NCBI GenBank assembly: GCA_950097015.1
Contig: CATNEN010000001.1
Location: forward strand, 14,260,001-14,324,000
Length of the DNA: 64,000 nt
Source: Macrostomum hystrix
Taxonomy: Eukaryota > Animalia > Platyhelminthes
Direction of reading: 5' to 3'
The notes beneath the pieces were generated by a model that saw nothing but the letters and a program-made list of their open reading frames with translations, had not been told where the DNA came from and searched no databases. This document shows positions 22,380 through 32,699 of the stretch, in pieces. Position 1 is the stretch's first letter. The number at the start of each line of letters is the position of its first letter. A program made the position numbers and the translations under genes.

Positions 22380-25300
22380 ATGAAATTTTTCAGTCTATTT
22401 CATCAGCTGTGGTGTCGGCTTGCTTTGCTGCTTATGCTGATGCAACAGAGTCAGTTCTGCTGCGGCATTCAATGGCTGTGAGTGGTCTGTGTTTGATTCT
22501 ATTATGCTTGCGGAATCTTTTGTCTATGGCCCTATCGTGTCACGCGGTGTGTATTTCTTTTAAATGACTGTGCTAGGCGTAATTTGGGTACCCAAATTTT
22601 TTTGGCTTGCTGTTCTATGGTAAAAACTGAAGACTTTCAACCCGGAAAGCCATAAATCATGAAAGTGTCAAGTTGATAGTGTACTTTGAACAAGAAGGAA
22701 AATTATGTGTATTTTATTTATGTGAAACGATCTGGCTACAGAAGTTTAGAAGCTTACTAAGATGAATCATTCTGTAGAGTTGCACAGAGCATGACAAATT
22801 GAAGGGGAGCTGCTAAAGCGTTTGCCACTCGCACCAAGGTCCCTGAGCTCGATTCCGCGGCGAGGCAAGATTCATTTGGGGCGCAGCCGCGGAGAGAAGG
22901 CTTGGGGGCTTGTCGTGCAATTTACGCCCGTTAGGTCCAACCTCCAAGGCACAGTGAAGTGTACAGTACCAGACGACGAGAAAGTCAGGGCAGATGTACA
23001 CACCTGTGTGAGTGTGTGCCTGCGTAAGGTATCTGTGTGCGTGTGTGCTCAGGAGTCAGCGAAATGGGCAGAATTGCCTCCTCATCGGCAGCTTTTGAAT
23101 TGAGCTCACCGCGGAATCGAGCTCTGGACCCTTGGCGAATACGTTAAAAGCAATGCCAGTTAAGGACAAGAAAAGAAATAGACTGGGAATAAAATATACA
23201 CGACGAAAACATGAGGCGACGCTGTTGGCAACGCCGACCAATGTAATGTTTTAGAAGGCTGGAATTAATATCATTATACGACAGACCGAATAGTTGGAAC
23301 CCAGCCATCGCTGACTGTTATTTACAGCGTCGGATCGACCAGCCCCCCAAATTAGCCTGCTCCCTCTGTCTCTCAGTTTTATTGGTAGCCTTTTGTTGTC
23401 AGGGCGACAAAGACAAGGACGGAGGACCCTCGGGTTTGGTTGCAAAGGCCGAGATTTAATGACCAGCCAGTAGAGAGTGGCCTCTTATGGAATGGTCACA
23501 ATGGTCATAAAGGCGGGACACTTACACAAGCTCTGGGCAATACAGCCTAGTCTGTGTGTCCAATATTTTGGCCCCGCCGCCCTAGCTACATTGAGGCTTT
23601 TGATCTCTGGCTGAAGCATTAAAAATTTTGATTTACAATCCAAATTTAATACACGCGGACGCTTTCAAAGCATCGCCGGTTGAGGCAGTACCCATGCAGT
23701 TGCCGCATTGCTTCCCGTTTTAAAGGTCTAAAGGTTTTCTAATTGACCGGTTGACTACTGAAGGCGGACGAAACTATTTACAAGCGTTTCTGTTAACGCA
23801 TGTGTACAGTCTGGCTGTCTGGCTGTACTAAAATAATGTCTAGAATGGCGGTTAAAAACTTTTTAGTTAGTGCAACTGTCCTTTCTTTAAGAAAGGTTTG
23901 CTTTAGCTATAATAACTATTATAATTACAGGAGTGCTGCAATCAACTGCACATCATTTGGTGACAGTCAGTATTTCACTGGCTCCTAAACACACACACAC
24001 AGGTGTGTACATCTGGCCTGACTTTCTCATCGTTAGGCAGTGCACACTGCCACTGTGCCTTGGGGGTTGGGCCTCAAGGGCGTAAATTGCACGACAAGCC
24101 CCTAAGCTTTCTCTCCGTGGCTGCGCCCCAAATGAATGTGGCCTCGCCGCGGAATCGAGCTCAGGGAGCTTGGCGCGAGAGGCAAACGCGTTAGACCGCT
24201 CGGTTAGCCTTACAAAAGCAGCAAGCAAATATTGCAATGAATATCGACCATTCTGCAGCGGTCTCAAAAACTACACCGAGCTTACTGAAGGTCGGCTGCA
24301 AGCGAGTTTTTTCTGCAGCCGGATGCTGCAGCTGCAAGTGTTCAACAAGAGGCAGTTCAAATTCTGCAAAAGAGTCGCCGTGGTCCAAGCTGACACAGGC
24401 GCTGTCACCGCTCTGATCAAATCAGCTCACAGGACTGTCGACGAGTGCCAGAAATACTTTAAACACTTCAGATGGGACTGCAGCGTGCTCAGGCATGTGC
24501 CAGAGCTGGCGCCGGAGCTCAAGTCCTGTGAGTCCATGTTCTACTGCGCGGTTGGGACACGAAAATTGTGTGTCATGGGGTCATTGAGTCATGGCGTCAT
24601 TGGGCCATGGGTCATTGGGTCATGGGGTCATGGGTTTAGCATGGTCGTGTGGATCATCAGGTCATAGGTTCATGTAGGCTTGTAGGGTCATATGGTGACG
24701 GGTTCATGTGCGCCATGGGGGTCGTATAATATTAGCAATTGCAGTAGGGCTGCGGGCAATAGCACATCATTTGGTGACACTAGACCCGCAGCTAGCGAGG
24801 AGGCAGTTCCGCCTATTTCGCTGACTCCTGAGCACACGAGTCCTGTAGACACACACTCACACAGGTGTGTACATCTGCCCGGACTTTCTCATCGTCAGGC
24901 AGTGTACACTCTCACTGTGCCTTGGAGTTTGGCCCTCAAGGGCGCAAATTGCACGACAAGCCCCCACCAAGCCTTCTCTCCGCGGCTGCGCCCAAATGAA
25001 TGTGGCCTCGCCACGGAATCGAGCTCAGGGACCTTGGCGCGAGAGTCAGACGTGTTAACCGCTTTGCCACTGACCCCTATGTGGGTCATATAGAAGTGTG
25101 GGTGAAATGGGTCGCAGGGTCATGGTAATATTGGGTCAGATGGCTAATGGGGTCATAGGGTGGGTCTTGGTACCATAGACTATGGATGTTTCCAACCACC
25201 GCAGTGACAGCCGAGCAGGCGCTAGTCCACGCACTCGCGGGCCTCACCCTGTCGACCACCTTCGCCGAGGAGTGCTCTAGGGGCTCCGTGCGCCGATGCG

Positions 25301-28300
25301 GCTGCGGTCGCGAGCCTTCTTGGCTGGCTCTGGAGAGCCCAGAGTCGCGATTCAAGTTCGAAGGGTGCCACACGAACATTCGCATGGGCCAAAGACTGGC
25401 TAGCAAATTTCTGGCCGCACCAGCAGCGAGAAATCGACGTCGCAGAAATCGAATCAGCGCCGGTAGTCGCGGCGGATTTCGCCAATTCGTTCGCATGATC
25501 AACGCCTACAACTACAAAGTCGGTATCAATATGTCGCGACTGAGCGAAACTGTGAGCTGCATGTGCCACGGCTCGAGCGTTTCTTGCACAATACGCACCT
25601 GTCACAAGGTGCTGCACGGGCAGAAGCATGTTCGGCGGCTCGCGCTCTTTAGACGGTACAACAAAAATCCCATGGATGCTCTGATGGAGATGTACGACAA
25701 GGTGTGATTTGATGGCGCCGTTTTTAGGGGTTTGCGACAAAATCCCATTTAGATGGCTTAATATATTTCGAAAAATCACATTACGAATATAGGATCCCAT
25801 TCTGATTTTTAAAAATCCCATTTTTAATTTAGGATCTTATTCTGATTTTTTTAGAATCCAATTCCAAACTAAAAATCCCATTACAAATTAAAGATCCCAA
25901 TCCTCATTTCAAATCTTATTCCTAATTTTTTAAATCCCATATCGAGTTCAAGGTCCCAATCGGAACTTGAAAAAGTCCCATTCACAACTCCTGCTCAGTA
26001 AAGGTCACCGTTTCTCCTTGCAGAAGCTGCGCAAGACAGTCTACTCAGAGAGTGGCTACATGGGTTACGAGGAGCCCTGCAGTCGGGAGGATCGAGTTTC
26101 GAACCCACTGCGAGCGGAGCCGAAATGCGAAACCTTTAAAGTGGTATCCGGCCTGCCAAAACAGATGGACTCGCTACTGTTTCACGAACATTCGCTGGAC
26201 TATTGCCACATGAGGGAGGGCAGGTTTCCTGGAACTCAGAACAGGTGCGACACGACCCGTTGGATGGTGCTTAGGGATTCTAGGTTTTTGGGATCTGAAA
26301 ATCTGTTATTTGAAAAATTAGGGTCTCATAAGGGTCATTTGGTTGTGGAGTCGTATGGTCATAAGGGTCATTTGATCATGGAGTCGTATGGTCATTAGGG
26401 CCATTTGGTCATGGAGTCGTATGGTCATAAGGGTCATTTGATCATGGAGTCGTATGGTCATAAGGGTCATTTGATCATGGAGTCGTATGGTCATAAGGGT
26501 CATTTGGTTGTGGAGTCGTATGGTCCTAAGGGTCATTTGGTTGTGGAGTCGTATGGTCATAAGGGTAATTTGATCATGGAGTCGTATGGTCATAAGGGTA
26601 ATTTGATCATGGAGTCGTATGGTCATTAGGGCCATTTGGTCATGGAGTCGTATGGTCATAAGGGTCATTTGATCATGGAGTCGTATGGTCATAAGGGTCA
26701 TTTGATCATGGAGTCGTATGGTCATTAGGGCCATTTGGTCATGGAGTCGTATGGTCCTAAGGGTCATTTGGTTGTGGAGTCGTATGGTCATAAGGGTAAT
26801 TTGATCATGGAGTCGTATGGTCATTAGGGCCATTTGGTCATGAACTCGTGCCGTCATTAGTGTAATGTGGTCATGGAGTTGTATTTTCATTAGTGTCATT
26901 TGATCATTGTTATTAGGTCATAGAGTCTAAAATAGGGATTTGTGGTCATGGTTAGTTAGATCATTGGGTTTATGGTATTTTAGATTTTTTTAGTAAAATA
27001 TTTTTCTTCCTAGCCGAACTACCATCAGATAAATCAAATTCCCAGATAGGAAGAATCTTCGAAAAGAACATAATTTGAAATTTATGAATTTGTGCAACCC
27101 AGTCATTTCATTCATCAAGATCGTAACACAGCTCAATAAATTTCTACCGGCCCTCCTATTTTTCTAACGCAACCAAATTTATGCGAAATTCGCTTACCTG
27201 TTTCATACTCATTTACTAATTGGATGGGACCACTGTCTGCTTGCGCTGTGATTTTCTAGCAGCCAAGGCTAGCCATTGTCGGGTGGGCCTGACAGCATGG
27301 TTTATTGGCTGTCTGGTCTGCAGCCAGCCATTACCAACACCTGCTCTAACCTTAATTAGGGATATTTTGAAAGCACCAGCAACTGAGGCTGCTGGGTTGA
27401 TGTTCTTGTCGGGTTTGATTTAGGGAATATCTTGCTTAATAATGGCACTTAACATTTACTAGAATATAGCTAACAACTTGCTTAACTCATCTATGCTCCC
27501 TGCATTCACTCCATAGATCTGCTCCCTACATCTAATCCCTACATCTACTCCCTATATCTACTCCCTACATATAATTTATACATCCAATCCCTAAGTCCAC
27601 TTCCAACATCCAATCCCAACGTCCACTATCTATATCTACTCTCTACATCCAAGCCCTACATCTACATCCCTACAACCACTCCCTACATCTACTCCCTAGA
27701 TCAACTCCCTACATCTACTCCCTAGAACCACTCCCTACATCTAATCCCTCGAACCACTCCCTACATCTACTCCCTAGAACCACTCCCTACATCTACTCCC
27801 TAGAACCACTCCCTACATCTACTCCCTAGAACCACTCCCTACTCCCTAGAACCACTCCCTACATTTACTCCCTAGAACCACTCCCTACATCTACTCCCTA
27901 GATCAACTCCCTACATCTACTCCCTAGAACCACTCCCTACATCTACTCCCTAGATCAACTCCCTACATCTACTCCCTAGATCAACTCCCTACATTTACTC
28001 CCTAGAACCACTCCCTACATCTACTCCCTAGATCAACTCCCTACATCTACTCCCTAGAACCACTCCCTACATCTACTCCCTAGAACCACTCCCTACATCT
28101 ACTCCCTACATCCGCTCCCTACATCTACTCCCTACATCTACATTCCTAAAACCACTCCTTCATCCGCTCCCTACATCTCCGCCCCGCGTAGGGAGTGCCT
28201 CCCGGACGGCAGCCCTGCAGCGCAGAGCATCATGCAGAGCCACGGGGCCGGTCAGAAGCGCCGCGAAATAGTATGCAGCGTGATGTGCTGCGGCAGACCC

Positions 28301-28429
28301 TACCGCAATGTGACAGAGACTCACGTTGGGACGCACGACGAATGCAAGGCATCATCATGCAGGCTGCAGTACAATCCCTTCGAAGTGGTCTGCGAGGCCT
28401 GCCAGCTAAACAAGTCTTACTGCACATGA
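22380..28429 (+). CDS. WNT11: Wnt family ligand, divergent Wnt11-like (~457 aa)
   Basis: Exons 22380-22477, 24208-24527, 25205-25701, 26024-26244 and 28192-28429 (phases 2,1,0,2) total 1374 nt. The signal peptide ends in GIQWL (Wnt11-type GIKWL). Further motifs are ECQKYFKHFRWDCS, EQALVHAL, CSRG..RCGC, FEGC.TNI, N.YNYKVG, CMCHGSSVSCTIRTC, SLDYC, GTQNREC and MCCGRPY. The exon 2 acceptor is uncertain. The Wnt call is firm and the subfamily less so. Confidence 0.85.
22815..23150 (+). mobile_element. SINE family 1 copy followed by an inverted head fragment
   Basis: Sense copy at 22815-23088. CGCGGAATCGAGCTC...CCTTGGCGA at ~23109-23145 is the reverse complement of the head. Confidence 0.85.
23908..24203 (-). 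mobile_element. SINE family 1 copy abutting Wnt exon 2
   Basis: Antisense copy with an ATT-rich tail at 23908-23926 and the head ending at ~24203. It is flanked by TTAGC at 23903-23907 and 24204-24208 (possible short TSD). Confidence 0.85.
24735..25080 (-). mobile_element. SINE family 1, near full-length copy in Wnt intron 2
   Basis: All conserved blocks are present, from the tRNA-like head (GGGGTCAGTGGCAAAGCGGTTAAC) to the 3' block GCCCGCAGCCCTACTGCAA. Confidence 0.9.
26325..26860. repeat. Minisatellite, 33-bp unit TCATAAGGGTCATTTGATCATGGAGTCGTATGG
   Basis: About 16 tandem copies in Wnt intron 4. Confidence 0.96.
27515..28178. repeat. Minisatellite of 13-bp subunits (CTACTCCCTACAT / CCACTCCCTAGAA), 26-bp dimer
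   Basis: Tandem copies run up to the last Wnt acceptor. Confidence 0.95.
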
Positions 28430-28545
28430 TCCTGCAGCACATGATCCTGCAGCACATGATCCTGCAGCACATGATCCTTCTGCACATAATCCTACAGCAA
28501 ATGATCATAAAATACATGATCCTACTTAAACATGATCCTGCAGCC
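28424..28545. repeat. 15-bp tandem repeat ACATGATCCTGCAGC starting at the Wnt stop codon
   Basis: About 8 degenerating copies. The first unit supplies the TGA. Confidence 0.85.
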
Positions 28546-28659
28546 ACAGATTCTTAGTAGATCACACCCGCATCCATTGTAAATTATTTTGAACTAATAA
28601 TTCATTGACAATCCACCTCATTGCAGCAAAGACGCTAAGAAACCCATTTTTGCTAGCAG

Positions 28660-28661
<2 letters not shown>

Positions 28662-28730
<69 letters not shown>

Positions 28731-28743
28731 GTCTGTCTGTCTA

Positions 28744-28782
<39 letters not shown>

Positions 28783-28785
28783 GCC

Positions 28786-28823
<38 letters not shown>
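28662..28823. repeat. (TGTC)n microsatellite
   Basis: About 40 tetranucleotide units. Confidence 0.98.
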
Positions 28824-28824
<1 letters not shown>

Positions 28825-29937
28825 GCTGGGTGTCTGTCTGTCTTATAAAACAAGTAATATTTTTGCTGAACTGCAGCTCCGGCAAATCTTAAGTGAAGCA
28901 GCTTATTACCTCGAAAAAAGAATTATTGTTTCGAATTGCTTCATTTTGCATCATCAAATGCTGTTAAAAATACAAATTCAACTGGCGAGATATTTGTATT
29001 CATTCACAAACTGAGTTTGCATGTACTCGAAGCGACAGTAATTATGATACGGACACTGAAGCTATTGGCAAAGCTAACTGTGCTGTAAAATACTGCAAGA
29101 AGCAATAAATGTGTCCAAAATTTAGCTGAACCATTCAAGTGTTTTTTCTGTTATTTTATGCGATATTTATACGAAAAACGATATCCCAAAACGGGATTAA
29201 AATTTTTGTTAATATCGTCTGGCGCAGTAAAAAAACTCGGCCCTAGCAGCTATAATCTGCATTAACAGTAGAAAGGGCACAGGTGGTAATTTTGAATGCC
29301 AAAATTCCCCAAGATATTCAAACGATCGCCATGAAAATCCAGAACAAGGTCTAAAACCTTCGACAAGAATCACTGAATATCATGACGATGCTCACGTTGG
29401 ACTCCTATGAAAGTTAGATCTTTCCCGAGAGGTGAAATAGTGTTGTCTTTCTACTATTTATCCTAGTTTATCAGCTGAACAGCAAAACAGTTGAGCTGTT
29501 TAGAACTAAACGCAATTTATTAAGCTAGATTTTTATAGCCTTTTAATCTGAAATGACAGACAGACACTTGAAACTAATTTTTTTGCACTCTTGGGTGGCC
29601 CAAATATCAGGTGTTGTTTTAATTTGTGGTGATTAGACAAGTTCAGTTCGCATTAGATCGTCTAGAACAGTGCTCGTCAGATCAGCTTCTATTAGTTGCG
29701 CAGTTTAAAAACTCGAAACCTTCAAGTCCGTCCGTTGAAAAAAAAGTTTTTCAATTACAAAATTAAAGCATCTGCGAGCTTAAGTTAAAATGCTAGGAAT
29801 TAATAAAAATGTTATACGTTTTACTGATAGTAGCGTAGCTTGGCGAAACGCTTTTTGTGAATTTTCATACTCATTGGAGTACTATAGGCAGAATACTTCC
29901 CTAGTTGGTCCTTGGCCGATTTCTACTTGTTCCGCTG

Positions 29938-30533
29938 ACGTCTGAGCACACATGAACAAGGATACAGGTGTCTGAGCACACATGAACATGGATACAGGTG
30001 TCTGAGCACACACGAACAAGGATACAGGTGCCTGAGCACACTTGAACATGGATACAGGTGTCTGAGCACACACGAACATGGATACAGGTGTCTGAGCACA
30101 CATGAACAAGGATACAGGTGTCTGAGCACACATGAACAAGGATACAGGTGTCTGAGCACACATGAACAAGGATACAGGTGTCTGAGCACACATGAACAAG
30201 GATACAGGTGTCTGAGCACACACGAACATGGATACAGGTGTCTGAGCACACATGAACAAGGATACAGGTGTCTGAGCACACATGAACAAGGATATAGGTG
30301 TCTGAGCACACATGAACAAGGATACAGGTGTCTGAGCACACATGAACAAGGATACAGGTGTCTGAGCACACATGAACAAGGATACAGGTGTCTGAGCACA
30401 CACGAACATGGATACAGGTGTCTGAGCACACATGAACAAGGATACAGGTGTCTGAGCACACACGAACATGGATACAGGTGTCTGAGCACACATGAACATG
30501 GATACAGGTGTCTGAGCACACATGAACATGGAT
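29938..30533. repeat. Minisatellite, 30-bp unit TCTGAGCACACATGAACAAGGATACAGGTG
   Basis: About 20 highly homogeneous copies. Confidence 0.98.
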
Positions 30534-31280
30534 GTCGCATCACGAAATTTGAAATATTCTTGACAACATTCCGCATTTCTTGTTCCCCGAAAGAAAGAAG
30601 CTGTTGATTGTGACGACGGAAATATATGAAAGAGAAAATGCCAACTTTCCCTTATTGGCTTCTCCTACTCAAGCTCCAGCCTTGGCCCCGCCTACCCCTC
30701 CAAGCCTCCTTATCCATCTTCAGGATTTCGCAGACGCAGCTGTTTTGCGCTCAGGAGCAAATCAACGATATACTCCTGTAAGTCTTCATCTTGGGCCTTG
30801 GGGTAAGAAATGTTGCAGAAATTATATTGGGAGGGGATGGGGGCAGCCAGGCTAAAACGTGGGAACTGGCTTGGAGACCATTGAAAATGATGAGGTGGTT
30901 ACTGGCTGGAGAGAAGTGGCAATAGCGGGGGCGTAGAGCAGAGTGAGGAACAGGAATGGAAGGAGCTCTGATTGGCTCTGACCCTGTGCCAGTCATTTTC
31001 GGGAAGAAGGCAGAGCGAGAATGGATAGGGAGGAGCAGGGGGCACGATTGCTGAAAAAACGGTGTAAGGCGGGCGGGTGGGTCGGCTGCTGCAGGAAGCG
31101 CTGATGCGGAGGTTGGGCTTGGCACTGAGAGGTGGACCAGCCAAGCTTCTTTAGCGAGCGGCCCCAAAAAAATAATACATACAGAAAAACCGTTCGGGCA
31201 AGATTTTCTTCTCTACCGATGAAGGCCGTTCTCCTACAGTGAACGTTCGACGTTTGCTGTAGGAGGGAGCAGTCAGCAAG

Positions 31281-31877
31281 ATGGCTGATCTTGGACAGCA
31301 GCGGCAGCAGCAACAGCCGCCGCCGCAGGGCAAGGTACTGTCGGACAGCACTCTGGTTGTCATCATCTGCTCCATATTTGCCAGCCTAGTCGGGGCGATT
31401 TTCATAGTCTGCCTAATGCGCGCCGTCTGTCGCGACCTGCCCGCGCGTTTCCGGGCCTGGCGACAAAGGCGGCGCCGGAGAAAGCCTTCGACAGCAGCAG
31501 CAGCGGCAGCAGCCGCGGCACAGCAAACATATCGACAGACTGACAGCAACGGATTCGCTGAAACCGACTGCCGAATCGACGCTGTCGCAACGGTGTCGGT
31601 GGGTTCGATTGGCTCCAGACACGATGTGAACTTGCCAGACCACAATGTCGGATTCCTGCTCATGCACACTAGACAGGAGAGCGTAGATGTGCTCAACACG
31701 GTTGGCCTCGGCAGCGCCGGTGGCTACAACGACTGCGACTACAGCAGCGACGGGGGCGGCCGCGGAGGCGGAGGCGGTGGCGGCGGCGTCGGATGCGGCG
31801 GCAGCTCCAGACACAGCCGACGCAGCCGAAGTCTTGGTCCACGCGGTTATCCCATTGATCGCGAGTATTTTGTGTAA
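31281..31877 (+). CDS. Small single-pass membrane protein (198 aa) of unknown family with C-terminal EYFV
   Basis: The ORF has the same GC-rich poly-Q/poly-A/poly-G style as the real genes here. One hydrophobic helix, LVVIICSIFASLVGAIFIVCLM, is followed by a basic stop-transfer cluster RFRAWRQRRRRRK. A splice acceptor TTCTCCTACAG lies just upstream. Confidence 0.7.
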   Translation: MADLGQQRQQQQPPPQGKVLSDSTLVVIICSIFASLVGAIFIVCLMRAVCRDLPARFRAWRQRRRRRKPSTAAAAAAAAAQQTYRQTDSNGFAETDCRIDAVATVSVGSIGSRHDVNLPDHNVGFLLMHTRQESVDVLNTVGLGSAGGYNDCDYSSDGGGRGGGGGGGGVGCGGSSRHSRRSRSLGPRGYPIDREYFV

Positions 31878-32034
31878 TCATCTCGACCAGCCGCTTGCCA
31901 GTTTAGTGCTGACTGTTCTCACCGGATTGATTTTGCTGGTCTTCGCCTGACGATGACGTGACGTAACGTGACGTGATGACCTGACGATGATGAGACATGC
32001 CGGAGTCGGCATCACCTGCTTGTCACAATTTAAG

Positions 32035-32190
32035 GGGTTGTGGCGTAGTGGTTAGTGTTGGACTCACAACTTGAAAGCAGCAAGACACCTAACTCTTCTC
32101 TGATTCGGTTCAACCAGCTGTTTCGTGGTTAAAGTGGTCGTCGCGTCCCCCCAGTCCATGGACTGAACAGCCGTACGCAGCCTTCCAATG
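32035..32190 (+). mobile_element. tRNA-derived SINE, family 2 (degenerate)
   Basis: The head GGTTGTGGCGTAGTGGTTAG (A-box) and 3' block CCAGTCCATGGACTGAACAGCCGTACG are shared with 45300-45467. Confidence 0.75.
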
Positions 32191-32699
32191 CTGTAATCAA
32201 TGAAAAATTAATTTAAAGTATTATAAGAAGTGAAGCGATGACACGACACGAACCATTATCATTAGAGGTTATCTACCACGTCCGTCTTACTACGGATGAT
32301 AAAAAAATTGTAGTGAACCAAGTTTATCTCGCCACCCAGCCATTATTTTTTGGTGCTCCAAATATTTCTTAGTTGCACTCGAAATCAATAATCAATTGAC
32401 AAGATTAGCTCGAAGTTTGATTTTTTATTCCATTTCATTTATGAAAAAATCCATTAACTTAAAACTCACTCAGGTGATTATTGAGTCAAATAAATGATGT
32501 AATTATTACAAGAAGTATTTCATTGTGAAATGTTAAATTTGCTGTTTTGCAATGTGCTTGAAAAAACCATACCTCCTGTTCAAAAATAAAATAAGCTAGT
32601 TTCTAATATGCCAAAAATGTAATATTTACTTGATTTATATTATTGAACACGATTTACTTAATGACGAATAAAATGAGCATGACTATATCTAGCTCAGAG

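Noticed and set aside
22472-22567. Alternative Wnt signal exon MAVSGLCLILLCL...
   Set aside because: The overlapping frame from 22380 gives the Wnt11-type GIQWL and a consensus GTGAGT phase-2 donor matching exon 2.
22960-23000. Hammerhead ribozyme in the SINE (CTGACGATGAGAAA in most copies)
   Set aside because: The CTGA and GAAA words lie in one simple stem-loop. There is no stem II and no three-way junction with an NUH site.
29882-30576. CRISPR-like regular array and 200-aa ORFs
   Set aside because: The 30-bp units are head-to-tail with no unique spacers, there are no cas genes, and the context is eukaryotic.
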